Origin: Antedon mediterranea
Taxonomy: Eukaryota > Animalia > Echinodermata
DNA: 64,000 bases
Assembly (NCBI RefSeq): GCF_964355755.1
Contig: NC_092677.1
Span: forward strand, 18,684,101-18,748,100
Reading direction: 5' to 3'
The notes below the pieces were generated by a model that was not told where the DNA came from, made no database searches, and was given only the letters and a program-made list of their open reading frames with translations. Position 1 is the stretch's first letter. Each line of letters opens with the position of its first letter. This document shows, in pieces, positions 49,301 through 62,899 of this stretch. The translations under genes and the position numbers were made by a program.

Positions 49301-52300
49301 TTAAATACTTGTATATTAATATTACTAGGTTCTATCTAATATAATAAATCTAAATATGTGTATAGCAATACCTAAAGTAATGCACCGGAAACCAGAGAGC
49401 AAGATATTGTATGTGTACGATAGACCCACAGTCAGATAGGCCTAGGCCTAAATTAGGCAACTACTGTTATCATGTAAACATATAACAATGCAAGGTGATT
49501 ATTGGTCCCCTGGCCAATAGTGATGCATTTCTTTATGTTCCTAAGAGATTATTAATTATGACAGTCAGATTTGTGAATCATTGCACAACATGCCCACTAT
49601 TCTCTTATAACTTCTGCCCTCATAAAGTACATACCATTATATATAATCTCTCTTTATATTATTCCTGGGACTAGAATTATTATGCTTTGATATTTTATTT
49701 TATTATTTTATTTTATTTTATTAATTTTTAGCAACATTAAAACAATACATAAACTTTGAGTGTGCCAAGGAGTGGCAAAAGAGGTCAAAGGACCACTGTC
49801 ACCATAAGGCACACCAGCACTCAAAGCATACATATATGCCTGCATAGCAGCTGATAATGGAGTTATTATTAACTGATCATGATATAAATTAATCTAGTTA
49901 TTCATTGAACCCAGACTAACAATGTGTTCCACCAAAAACAAAAAATGTTCGCGCTCCTTAAATTTTTCCATAAACCTCTAACAAGAATAATAAATATAGT
50001 GCCTAAATTCATAAATCACAAACATCGAACTATGTTTATTAAATAGATACAGAATAAAAGAAAAATTTAGAACAAAAAATCAAGATTAATGTTCCGTTCA
50101 ATAAACTTTAAAATACTAAAGGAAATGTAGAGTTTTTATCCAACATTACTAATCTATGGGGGCGTTATTGCGTGCAGAGTCCCTCCTTATTGTATGGTAG
50201 GCCTACCTGATAATGAAGTATCTTAAATTTACAATTTATACCAATAAATTAAACAATAGAACATTTGCTAAACCTTTGTGAAGGAACAAACTAATATGAA
50301 TTTCCATTAAACAACATATTGGAGATCATTTTTAGAAATGTTTGTTTAAATCCCATTCTGATGATGTTATTTAGAAGTAGTGTTACATTAAATCACATTA
50401 AACAAACTAAACTGTGACAGATGTATTATTCTAAACTGTTTAAAGGCCTTGTGTGGGCAAAAATTTCTATTGATCACACATTCCAATAACTATCGATCTA
50501 TGGTTTCCCCTATGTTTCATAATTTTTGGAATTTTATTTGTGTTACACACTCTCAGCACTTTCTTATCAGTTGGAGGATAGTTCAAATTACACAGTACTG
50601 TAAAATCGTTATTCTTTTGTACACAAATGTTGTAAATAGAGAGGCATTTTTTGAAAAACTATGAAAAATAAACGGTGTGGTAAAAAATGTTATCAGATGA
50701 CTAAATATAGGTAATATAATTTGAATTTGACGTTTCTGGTATTTTTATTCCACTTTAGAGTTTTATTTTTATTTTTGTAGAGCGCTATATAAGAATGAAC
50801 TATTATTTATCTATGCATCTTTTCTCACCTTCTAGGGAGTCACCAGACATGTTATTACATTATGTTAAACTACCTAACTACTGAAAAAAGTCTTGCTGGT
50901 TTTTATATTAGAATTTTGTAACATTTTGTATTTGACCATTTAAGGGAAATTCATGATTTTTCTCATCTTGATTTCTGTTACAAATATTTGATTTATGTAC
51001 AATTAACCAGATAATAAATTTAAAATTCATGCCTGTAACTGAGCTTTAAGGAAAGAATATATAACTATACTAATATATACCCCAACTAGAGGGTAAGATT
51101 TGTCTCAGTTGGATTTTTTACTAAGTAAAAATTGAGGGGAAAATGAATAATTTGAACCCAAAATACTTACCGTACCCATATTTCTATTTTCATCATAAAA
51201 ATGAACGATACTACATTTACGACACCGTACAGCTTAAAATAATGTTGTTTTTTAAATTTCAATTTGTTGGCGTTATATCCTCCGCTAAAAGAATAACCCT
51301 TAGATTCTACCAATAGTAATTAGAGATACAATACACCTTCATAAATGATGTGATGCAAAAGGAAAACTTAGGAGGAAACAATTAATTTACTTGCTTTCAG
51401 TTTCTGTTATTCTTAGCAAAACACGTTTATTTTAAATTTAAGTTAAAAGTTTGCATTATATCGTATTGAGAGCATCAATAGACAGAGGCCACTTCCTCCC
51501 TAGATGACAGAAGGGCCTTATATACAATAGTCACGTGTCAGTTGTGTGTACTCGAGGGTTATCGCCGACAAATACTAACACCACTTGACATCCTAGATAT
51601 AGATTTGGGACTGGCCTTGTTAAGGTGTACAACTGTTGGGCAGTATGGCTTCGTTATGATATCATTTAACTATGATTTGTTTCAGTTTTGCAAAATGAAT
51701 GATGCTGCTTCTGAGCTTTAAACGCCTTTTAGGCATATAATCGGTTTTTTTCTTTCAATTGGTAAGGAAAAACAATACAAAAAATGAAAATAAACAATAA
51801 TAAACAAAAATATTTCTTACAAAAAAACGCTGCTCGCTTATTGAAAAATATTTTTTATTTCAAATGTTTTTGAATGTGTCATTTTATTGTCACATAATAG
51901 TTATTTTACCTGAAAAAAATGTAATTTAAAGCAGCAAATACTTAAATTGTCTGTCAGACAATTTTTTGGGGTTTCATTTCTCTTTTTCTTTGTGAACAAA
52001 TATTATTTTTTTGTTACAGAAGTGAATACTCAATTTCTGTCACTTAAGTTAAATATATTTCTAAGGTCAAGTCTGGGGGTCACTTCATCACCCTAGATAT
52101 TTCAAGTGTGAAGTATCCTATTACAAACACAAACTTGAATGGACTGTTCGATAATTATTCAATGAATATCTGACTGTGAATTACAGTCAAAAGTCATAAA
52201 TACCAGAAATGCTTTGGGATTTGAAATTTTTTGTCCTAATAGTCTCTTTTCCCAGACGTTTTTGGGGTCTATAGTAGCAGCTGGAAATCTATAAATTATA

Positions 52301-55300
52301 GTGGAGTTTCCATTTTCGCACTACTGTCGTCATTAGAACTACAACTGCTGCTTGCGTTAGCTTGTGATTGATTAGTCCCAATGGGACGTAGCGGGCTAGA
52401 GCAGCAGCGTGAAAAACAATTAGATTGAAAGGGCAGAAGCTAAAAGTAGTTTTGTACAGTAGTTGAACAGAAAATGGTAGTAGTAAAGATACCTCAAGGC
52501 TTAGCAAGAGTTAAGAAAAAATATTATTTTAGTTTATTTGCACGCCGTTTTGCCGTGATCATTTCAGGAAAGTTCATTTTGGCTAGCCTATATATGCACA
52601 TGTATATGCTTTTAAAGGTACAATTACAACATATAATATATTATATGTCTATGTTCTTTCTGTCGATTAAAATAATCTCTTTGATATACCGCTTATTCCA
52701 GATACGCTTGTATTAGGAATGCATTTTAATATAGGAAATAAGAGAGTAAATATATCAATAATCTTAACCGCTTCATGTTGACTCATCAGCGAGTAGGCGG
52801 TAAATTGAAACGTCTCTGTAGACATATTTGCACTTTTAAAGAGTTTGAGGCAAAGTGATTCTGATTAATACACATTAAAACATTAAGAAAACTGATGGAT
52901 GTACGGTATGTGAATAGATTGATCGGTAAATTAGTATAAAATCAATTAATATTGTAAATAACAATAAATATACAGATATAGCTAGTATGTCTAACCATAC
53001 GCATTACTCCAACACAAATGGACGAATCACGCCATTCAAATGTATGCTAGGCCTTTTATGATTAATTTAAGTGGCATATAGGTTTATTTACAGTACGGAC
53101 TGAGATGTTTAGGAAGTGAAGTGACAGTATTTAATGTGACCGAATTAAACTTACCGGCCAGTCCCTCTGTCCAATGTCAAATCAGAAGACGTGCTCTTCT
53201 GATAAATTTCAAATTAATGATGAATAAGAAAACGCCTTAAGTATGTTGAGAAATATACCGGGAGACATATTCCAAAACTACGTTGTAGCTTATAGCACAC
53301 TTTGTAATAATGGTCGCACTTCGTAATGCCTACCGGTATCGCACTTCGTAATTCCTACCGGTATCGCACTTTGTAATGCCTATCGCACTTTGTAATGCCT
53401 ATCGCACTTTGTCGCACTTTGTAATAACCAATTTATTTATCGCACTTTGTAATAATCGTATGTCGCACTTTGTAATAAACTGAGTTGTCGCACTTTGTAA
53501 CACGTCTGCGTGCCACACTTTTATAAAGAAAAGTTATATATTATACAACATTGGTATACTATAATTAATCAAACTAGAAGGGTGTTCGTAAATATACATA
53601 AATATGAATTCACTCATCAAGTAAAAAGCATTAGCCTAAATTACTGTAATTCAAACAATTTGATCAAACGTTAAAATTAGGTACGTTAAGCATATTGAAA
53701 TTAGGTCAGTTGTTCATTGACAACCTATATGACGACACTTACAAAATGGAGTATCTTGACTTATCAGACGGTAAATGAGTAATCTAATGACTGAAGTTGC
53801 GAAGGCGTCTTATTGGCTGACCTGGGAATAACGTCTAATGACTGACCTGGAAATGTTGTCTGACCTGAAATTATTTTGTTAGTGGAAGAAGAATATATGA
53901 AGATACATTTTCTGTGCAGATACGAGCACTACGACATATTAAATCAATTTGTATATCAAAATCACAATAATGATGTGCGTCTGTACTTTCTCGTACTGTA
54001 CTTGTTAACTGGTAATACACACTGTGTAAATGAAAGTTTTAGTGTTGATTGTTCTGAATAATATCAACTCTTTTTGCATTGAAACTGTTCAGTATTAATA
54101 TTTCATTATTATTTTAAAGAAAAGTTGTACGTAATTATGTTATAGGAATGTGACAGCCATACCTGGATGGATTCTGACATGTTTGTGTCACGTTTCACCT
54201 TTACACAGGGGAACCTAAAGAAAGGAAGTTGAATGTGTTCATGAATGAACTTGATATTATCCGTGTTAATAAACGACTGTCAATGTTGACTGCTGAGCAG
54301 CAAGACATCTCCATCGAAAAAAGAAATACAATTTAGAATATACAGCATACTATATGCACAAATTTTAAAACAGATTAAGCATATACGTGAGTGAGAAATG
54401 TGAACTTAACGAACGAAAATGTGTCTAGATAACCCAATGAAAGATGACAAACACGTTTTTTTTAAACTTTGTGTTTTTTTTAAGAGCTATTTTTGCAAGT
54501 TGAATTCCACGTACAGTATTTACAAATACGTGTCTTCTTTCTAACAACCTAACTAATTTTAATAATTTAAATTAATTAGTTTAATTAATTTAGGTGTTTA
54601 ATCACAAACGAATGCTTTCATGGTTGTGGAATTAAATGGAGAATATTTAATTCTTTTAACAAATTACGCACAAAAGAATTGTTTTTAATATGTTGTTGCA
54701 ATGATAGAATTGTGGAAAATGTTGGTGTGTTCAAATCGGCATGTTCGATATTGCCTTACATTGTAATGTATTTTCTTACAGCAATAGACGAAAGAAAACT
54801 TATAGTAAACGCCATGGAAAGGTACCATGAAACAACATGCATTCAATTCAGGCCTAGAACAAATGAAAAAGATTACATTCTTATATCAAGAAAAGTCGGG
54901 TGAGTAGGCCTAATGTTCTATTATCTTTAAAAGAAATTATCTGATAGGCAATTTACGTTGAGTGATCATTGCAATATCAATCAGCGGTTTATAGCAAGCA
55001 ATCAAAATTTCTCTTATTGACTAGATCAATCTCCTGTCATTAAAATAATAACATCCGCGGGAAACGGTTTTACAAGTCTGATAAAGTCTTGTAGTTACTA
55101 ACGATGGCAAATTTAGATTTTTAAATTGGTTAACCATGTTTTATATTATTACAATAATGAATTATGCCCGCGTCGTAATTAATTGATAAGTTCTGTATAG
55201 AGGCAAAGAGGTTTGCTTTGGTGGTACCGACAAGTACCAATTAGGAGTTAGAATACAAACCATGGTACACGAATGTCTCCAACAAGAGAAAATTAACTAA

Positions 55301-58300
55301 ACATCTAGATGCTAAAGTAAGATTCACATGGGGTCCAGTAGTGTGTATACCATCCATAGCCACTTTCATCAGGGTTTCGTTTTTATAAAACAATTAATTC
55401 CAATTGCGAACAAGAACTGACTCGTTTTTGTTTTAAATCTATTTAGGTGTTGGTCGCAAATTGGTCGACAAGGAGGTGTTCAATATATATCACTTGGTTT
55501 AGCATGCCATATGAAAGGAGGAACCATTATTCATGAATTAATGCACTCTTTAGGCTTTCGGCACGAACATTCTCGACCAGATAGGGACGGTTATGTCAAT
55601 ATTTACTGGGAAAACGTCGTAAACTGTAAGTGATCTAATTTTATTTGGTTATTTATTTATGTCTCCGTGTATATGAACTTGTATCTATTTAGATCTCGGA
55701 TCTCGTCACCTTAGAATTATCACTTAAGTACGTGGTACAGTATCAGTGATTGGAATAAGGAAAAGTTTGTTACGATCATTTGCATAGTGATTACAAAACA
55801 ATGTGTTTTGTTCAGCTACGTAACATTTTTTTTTTCGTCGGGAACGCAGATGGTATCTAAAGCATTGTCTACACTATCACACTTAATGTGACAAAAACAA
55901 AAGTGATGTGTTCATATATGGACACGATGACATCATATCACTACCATATTTGGGCACACCTTTTTTGTGAAACTAGTTTGATAGTACAGACAGAGCTTAA
56001 GCATGAATATATACTTGTAGCATACTTCGTTGTTCGGTGCTACGATGTACAAGTGTGCCATCCAATATTAGCCTATTATAAGACATTGTACTGAATACTG
56101 AAATTATTTAATGTCCGTCACCATCATAATATAAAAACAGAAATTTGTCTTGAAGATTGGCAAATATGAGTACAATAACAAACATTATAAACAAAGATTA
56201 ATATATAACACACACATTATAGTTGAATTCCACTTGCAGTATTTACACTTACGTGTCTCAAAAACCCAACTAATTTTAAAATGGACAATGTTAGTTGTTT
56301 GTTACCGATGACGAGCAGAAAGACTACCATTTAAATGATAACATAAGTAATGAACACAATGACGCCGGTATAATATCGAATACGAAGAGATGAATTGTGA
56401 TACCACGACCAAACCAACTAACATTGACGCCAATTCTGACGCTACTGATAAAAGTGTTGATGATCGATATAGGCCTTGTCTGTTTATATATGCCTAAGGT
56501 AACCAATTTCCTATCAGGTTTAAAGTTTTGTATTCGATTCGTACAAAACATGATAATAATATCCATATACATTCGTTATTATGCGTAATTTAATTCGACA
56601 AATTATTATTTAAACAAGAAATATTTCTTGCAAAAAACGCCGCTTGACTTTTTGACGTAACAGTTTTAATTATTGTTCTTTTTTCATTTAATAATGCTTT
56701 TTATTGATTTTGTATTTATTATTTAATATAAAATACTGATTTATTTTTTTCCTTAATAATCGATAATCTGGAATGAATGAAGTCCAAATTAAAACTAAAC
56801 TACAGTACTGTACATATTCCGGGATAGAAGCGTTCTCCCTAAGGTTGTAGTGACTCACATACCTTAACATTCCAGCGAACAAATTTCTAATCAAAAAATG
56901 TTTGGTCCATGGGACTACAATATGTGGCCCTATGCGGATTAATATTGTGTACATAATTATAAAGCTTGGTGTTTGATTTCATTTAAATTAGTATCGATAT
57001 TCATATTCTTCGTATCGCTTAACGCTATGGTATATTATAGCAAATTTCATCTAAAAAATATTTAGAAACTGAACCTAATTGGTATGTGAATTTTATATCG
57101 TTAGATACGTAGACCATTGGAAGTCTCTCGTACTGACCTATGAAACTGACCATAGCCTGAGGACTGCATACTTTTGAATTAGCTTGTTTAGTTTACTGTA
57201 GTATATTCACTAAAATATCAAGAAATGTTTATAAAAACTGTTTGGGAAAATATATATGACATAGGTACCGCGATAACAGACAAGTTGACATCAAAAAATT
57301 GTACTCATAAAAATCAGTCGCAGCTTGGCGTGACTTCACAATTCACATGCTTACACAACATGCATTCCAAGTGTTTGTCAGTTTTGTCGAACTTAATTGT
57401 CAATCAAAAACAAGACATGAGAATGACCATTTACCAATAAATCAAAATGTTAATTATGGCTAATAAGTTGTTACTTTAAAACGTGGACCAGTTAGGCTAA
57501 CGGTTTCATTAGCAATATGCCTACGAAAAGCAGGCTAGTACCTTAGCAAATACTGTAGGCCTACACTATATGTTATTCCTGCTTTATATTTTTGAACACG
57601 TACTGCAAAACGTGGCACTAAGATAATCTAGCAAGCTATATAGCTATAGACGAATTTGATTAGACACGAGTCTAACTACAACATACATAGTTGAATGTAC
57701 TTTATCAATTGAAATATGTGTTTTAATGACAACGTAACTGGGCACCAAAAATGAAACATGACAGTTGACTCGAGCAGTATATTAATATTACCGGTCTGGA
57801 ACATTAATCATACATAAGTGTGACCGAGTTCTAGAATACCGTGACGATTAGAACTTTTTTTACGTTACGAATACATTATCAATATCTTTCATGAATACAT
57901 TCCTCCTAAAATTACAAACGTAATCTTAAAAGATACGTATAGATGTCTCCTATTTGGCTCCTGCATCTAGTCAAAATGTGTCTTCAAACAAAAAATATTC
58001 AGGAGCATAATGTATATCGATTAAACAGTATTATAACATTGACCAATGGCGTTTGTGCAATCTGCACTTTTAAAAGTATTTTTAAATTAGCCTATGGCAT
58101 TTTTGAAATCTGCTTTTTTAATACTATTTTATTGTTGGCCCTATAGCGGTTTTTTAACTGTATTTTTCTCTGTAGTTTGTAGTCTTAATTATTCTAAGCA
58201 AAATGAATTTCTATTTTAATGGACCAATATAATTTCTTGAACTCCGAAACCAAATCTGGAGAACGTTATCGATGACACGGTGCTATATTGCAATATTTTA

Positions 58301-61300
58301 TAGATTATGATTTACTTTGTGTGCGTTTTGGTACCTGGCGAATGATGAATATAACTTAATGCTAATCTGTATTTAAACATGAGATATTCGTAAAATAAAA
58401 AAAAAATCAAACACATATCAACTAATTACTTTGATGCTTTTTCAGCTCAGCGAAGTAATTTTCATAAATACAGTGCTGATGCAGTAAATCTGGTTGGAAC
58501 CCCGTATGATTATTCATCCATCATGCATTATCCATTACACGCCTTCTCCAAGAATGGAAAGATTACAATTGGACCACGTTATCCTCACAATGAAGACATT
58601 GGGTGGGTGACAGACTTCAGTGACACGGATATTTATCGGCTGAATAACTTATATAAATGTGGAGGTAAGATGTTGCGTTTAGGATCACCATAAACTTAAG
58701 GGAAATAAGCAATGGTCCTTTTCTGACCAGCAAGTAAATCCAGTAAATTAAATCAAATGACATCATCATCATCATCACTCAGTGCATTTCGTACCCCTTA
58801 GGTACACTACCTTTTGGCAATACAATTTGGCTTATTTATTTATTTTTTGTACAGTACATTGTACGGAAACTAGAAAGATGTCACCGAATATATTTTTAAT
58901 AATTTAACAAAATAAATTGCAATGCCATAAAATTGAGTCATAGTCTCTTGTAAGCATATGAGAGGTTTTCAAACTTGAGAAATAAAGGCCTACATTATTA
59001 GAGGTTTATTTGTTTTCTGTCTTAAAATTTCTGTTGCAGTGATTGACTACACCTAAGATTCCGTCTGTGCAAAGCACCAATAACTGCAACGCGAATCATC
59101 ACTCTAGCTAAAACTCAGTTTAATTCGAATTGAAATATTGAGAATTTTGTAGACTTAATTTAGGTCCAACGGCCACCAGAACATCCTAATTACTGTGACA
59201 CATACCGGTAACGTATAATCTTTATTAGGACCTACATACCGTCAAGTGTAAACCACAGAAGGAAACTCCCTCGTGGCGTTTCTAGAGTGACCGGACGCGA
59301 GGGATATTTGATAAAAATACTCAAGTACTTAAAGATGATGATTACACTATGTACTAAAACGGAAACATAAGTTGAAGCTAAGATTAGGAAATGATTTAGC
59401 AAACTAAATCATTGATATCCATTCACGTTGTAGCTTTAATAAGATACATAATAAATTAGTTACAACTAATGTTGAAGAATGAATGTAACTAACTAAATTA
59501 TAAACACTTCTTACTTATACTTAGTGACATACATGTATGAACTCACTAGCCGCTGTAATTATAAACGTTACTTGTTGTTTATTCTGTTAATTGGTCAGTT
59601 TCGAAAAATATCCCAGATTTTAAAGATACGTTACAAAGGATGGTATCGATTTATTTGATTTATTTTATATTTAATTCATGCGAAGTACAGATCTTGAAAA
59701 AACTGATACGAACAATAATGCCGTTCCCTTCGGATGGGATGTCACGCCGTTGGTACATAGTGCACGTTACCGTAACGAATGTGTACCAATAAAAAAGAGT
59801 AGGAAGTTTGCTGATCATAGTAGGAACTGCACTGATGGCTGCCGTGGGTCCGTAGAGGGTCTAACCCTGATCATAAACACTTTTAATTATTATCTTATCA
59901 TGAAGATTCAAGTTTTGAATCTAGGTTATTCATTTTAGACTATCATGTATCATTTTCTCGTTATTTTAGTTTTTGCTGTCATCGTTATCCCGATACAATT
60001 GCAAAACAAACTGTTTCAATTGTTTTAGATTTTACTCTTGTATTCGATGTATGTATTTGTATGAGTCCTAGTAATGCATGGTGGCTTAATTGTATCTTAC
60101 AAACAGCAAACTATTCTCGTGTCTTATACAAAGCTGGTGTATATAACTTACTTAACTTATTATATATGCATCGTATTTTCTTTTGTACTTAGCAACTGCT
60201 TGTCATTTCGAGATAAAACAGCAAGTAGTCCTAATACCGTACTTCACTGACAATGATTGTTCCCAAATTTATATCTGATTAGAATAGAAAAAAAGAAAAG
60301 AAAAGCTCTTTTTTATTTACTATTTGTATCTTATAATAGAATGCTTTGATACGGACCAGCAACAATGTCCAACTTGGGCCATGCAGGGTGAATGTAAGCG
60401 AAATCGTCATTGGATGAGGAAGTTTTGTCCTTTCAGTTGCGACACCTGTCCTTATTCACATGACACTGGAAATGGTAAGATATCTCACATTTACTGGTAA
60501 CGTATACTTGCTCCTATGACAGTTACTGGGAAAGATAGTTACAAGTGTGTAAACTCTTCCAAAGTAAAACATGTATTTCTCTTGTAGATTTTTAAGTAAT
60601 ACACTGTAGTACAGTAAGGACAATATTTTATCAAATAAGAGGGATAAGTTATATAAAAATAAAAGTTTGTGAATGGCATTTTAATTATTAGAATCACAAA
60701 GTTTGTTTTTTCTATCCATTGAAGGATTGCAGAGAGATTTGTTAAAACTGCAATGAGAAATCACATCGATTATGCCAAATTAAATTTTAAGAACGTACAA
60801 TGTAGGCTATAGTTTGTTTTATTGCACATACAAAAATAAAAGTGGGAACCGTACGCCATCCAAGGACTCGTGATGTAGGCCTATAAATGAAAATTACCAA
60901 GTTTAATCAATAAGGTAATGATGTGAAAGTTCTACGGAGTTTTAAGAAGCCTTATTTTTTTGAAAATGTCAACCTCAAAAAAGCATTATGGAATTGATTT
61001 CCACCTTTTTAGGTACGGTAGAGATTTCTAACTTTATTTCCAATCGCCTTCAAAAAAACTAAACGTCGCCATGGTCTCTTTTACTATTCCTGATAGCTTT
61101 AATTGGGCAAAATAATTGGAACGATATTTCCAATTTAAGCATAAATGGAAACCTGCGACTAGAAAGACCAGCAGAAATACACGGCAAATAACGTTCATGC
61201 CTAATTACCAAGAGCAATTCCAACACGTGTATTTCATAAAAGTAATATTCTAAGCTTACTTTTCGTTTTAGCTTGTAACATCTGGTTGTCATTGACCGAG

Positions 61301-62899
61301 TTTTAAATAGAACTTAAGATATTGGAACTTGACGAAACTTAAGTAAACTCACTTATGATTACAATTAATTACGGTAAATTCTAAAAATGAAACTTCATAA
61401 CTGTATATACAGTTTCTACCGCTGCATTTAAATAATTTGGAATGGTGTAATTTTGATTTTGATTCTAGAAGATTCAGCATTTTCTCTCAATTCTCACAAT
61501 TAATTTTTCAGTGTGTAAGGATATCTCACCATCATGTCGAGCGTGGGTTACAAATGGAGAGTGTAAAAAGAATAAAGATTATATGCATGCAAACTGCAAA
61601 CGAAGTTGTGGACTTTGCGTCAATCCAGAGGGAGTCCGACCAGGAGGTATTTTTAATACGTCTTAATACTTTTAACAATTTGTTTTATATTTATATATTT
61701 CGTAAATTATGTATTTTCTGTCATTGAATATGTCTTGTCTTTAATATTTATTGTTTTTTCTTAAATCAGATCTCATTTTTTAAACTTTATTTTTTTATGT
61801 TCAGCTATAGAAGACACAATTGTAAATGAATTTTGCACTAAAATATTTTGCATGATTTTGAAAAACAGTTTTATTTATTATTTATATCACAATGCATTTA
61901 ATAAATCACTTTTAGTATTATCTTTTGGGAATGTTATATTTTACAACTAGGTTGTCATGACAACAATACACTATGTGCCGATTGGGCAGTTACAGGCGAA
62001 TGTCCGCGCAACCCTGCCTATATGCACGAAAAGTGTCGAAAGAGCTGCCGTAGATGTGACTGGCACATTAAAACTGTGTCAATGAAGGGTAAGACGCAGA
62101 ATCTTGACGTAATTTGCAACTTATCGTGAACTGACGCGCATGTGTAAATGGAATATTACTTAGCTAGGGAAGTAGACCTAGATTAGTTGAAGATGCGATG
62201 GAATCTGCTCGTCTAAGGAAATCCCACTTAAAAACAACATTCGCACGTCTTTTGCAGATTTGACAGCAGGAAAAAAATGGTCGTCACGAATGTACAGTAT
62301 TCTTTATAATTAGATTTTCCAATTTCTCAAGGGATTTCATTAGCCTCAGTAATGTTCCAGCTGATACAAGAACTTATTAAGAAAAAACACAACATTAGTT
62401 ACATCCGAATGAGTCACTTTGTAATAGACAATGTTTTGCAAATGTCTCGCAGATGGCCGTCACATTAGGAAAATGCAATTCTATTCCAACTTCATTATCA
62501 AAAAACTTAACACAAATTAATTTTCTAAATTGAATGAACAACACATTATATTATTAGTATACATTGCCTAGATTCGTTTACACTATACGCTATTATGTTA
62601 GTGCACTTTCACGACTAGAGCATGCCTTATAACGAACACTCCTGTCTTCAGACTGTAGGGATTATCACCCAAATTGCGAACGTTGGGCAAAAACTGGAGA
62701 ATGCCACGTAAATAAATGGATGCTCGGCTACTGTAAACTAAGCTGCCAGCACTGCGCAGAAGACTTGAAGAAGAACTTATTCCCACTACCAGACAGTGAC
62801 AAGATGAATTGGAAGAACGATGTAGGGGGACTGGTGTCGAAGGTCAACGGAGCTAAAGATGAAAAGAAAACATATGATCCAAAAGGTACAAAGTCTTGA
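37297..62899 (+). CDS. Astacin-family (M12A) zinc metalloprotease with four C-terminal ShKT domains (nas-13/14/15-like architecture); signal-peptide exon not located
   Basis: Phase-compatible exons 37297-37333, 37605-37682, 38096-38166 (EGDI), 45534-45615 (RARR/NA..WPGAVVPY), 54782-54899, 55447-55625 (HELMHSLGFRHEHSRPDRD), 58446-58664 (SIMHY), 60340-60474, 61512-61646, 61951-62088 and 62652-62899 (TGA). Confidence 0.92.
37605..37682 (+). CDS. Astacin pro-domain exon
   Basis: tttttcag|..ACAG|gtaag; DGMGAILEDN. Confidence 0.72.
37945..38009. repeat. Tiny inverted-repeat element (mini-MITE remnant)
   Basis: ttggttcccactagga ... tcctagtgtgaaccaa; a similar end occurs at ~47051. Confidence 0.45.
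38096..38166 (+). CDS. Astacin pro-domain exon with EGDI aspartate switch
   Basis: ttttcag|..FLIEGDIYVPQLKSR|gtaag. Confidence 0.88.
45385..45455 (+). mobile_element. Degenerate tRNA-derived SINE head
   Basis: tggttaggaca-tctgc-atatcaa-gaaga-gggt-ccgggttcttatctcgg..ttttt resembles D, anticodon and T arms. Confidence 0.4.
45534..45615 (+). CDS. Astacin exon: activation site and start of the mature domain
   Basis: ARRNAVREQRKLWPGAVVPYVLD; acag|..A|gtaag. Confidence 0.9.
46315..46467 (+). repeat. Dispersed ~150-bp repeat, copy 1 (copy 2 at 52257-52416)
   Basis: agcagctggaaatctata..gtggagtttccattttcgca..aatgggacgtagcgggctagag shared by both copies. Confidence 0.8.
47537..48134 (+). mobile_element. 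TTAA-flanked ~600-bp MITE (Kolobok-like), copy 1
   Basis: ttaa-AGACCAGGTACGGGCA ... TGCCTGTACCTGACCT-ttaa; AG..CT termini with TTAA TSD. Confidence 0.85.
50444..51045 (+). mobile_element. Same MITE family, copy 2
   Basis: ttaa-AGGCCTTGTGTGGGCA ... TGCCTGTAACTGAGCT-ttaa; internal sequence collinear with copy 1. Confidence 0.85.
52257..52416 (+). repeat. Dispersed ~150-bp repeat, copy 2
   Basis: Homologous to 46315-46467. Confidence 0.8.
53296..53500. repeat. Irregular array of TCGCACTT(T/C)GTAAT motifs
   Basis: About 10 copies separated by 0-20 nt variable spacers. Confidence 0.8.
54782..54899 (+). CDS. Astacin catalytic-domain exon
   Basis: IVNAMERYHETTCIQFRPRTNEKDYI; GG|gtgagt. Confidence 0.92.
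55447..55625 (+). CDS. Astacin zinc-binding exon
   Basis: CWSQIGRQGG.Q.ISLG..C..HELMHSLGFRHEHSRPDRD (HExxHxxGxxHExxRxDR). Confidence 0.96.
58446..58664 (+). CDS. Astacin Met-turn exon
   Basis: PYDYSSIMHYP..FSKNGKITI..FSDTDIYRLNNLYKC. Confidence 0.95.
59700..59815 (+). mobile_element. Possible Deu-domain-like SINE remnant
   Basis: cccttcggatgggatgtcacgccgttggt..aaaagagtagg resembles, from memory, the deuterostome SINE central domain. Confidence 0.3.
60340..60474 (+). CDS. ShKT domain exon 1
   Basis: CFDTDQQQCPTWAMQGECKRNRHWMRKFCPFSCDTC. Confidence 0.93.
61512..61646 (+). CDS. ShKT domain exon 2
   Basis: CKDISPSCRAWVTNGECKKNKDYMHANCKRSCGLC. Confidence 0.93.
61951..62088 (+). CDS. ShKT domain exon 3
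   Basis: CHDNNTLCADWAVTGECPRNPAYMHEKCRKSCRRC. Confidence 0.93.
62652..62899 (+). CDS. ShKT domain exon 4 and C-terminal tail (terminal exon)
   Basis: CRDYHPNCERWAKTGECHVNKWMLGYCKLSCQHC..GTKS*; AATAAA at 63116-63121. Confidence 0.9.
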
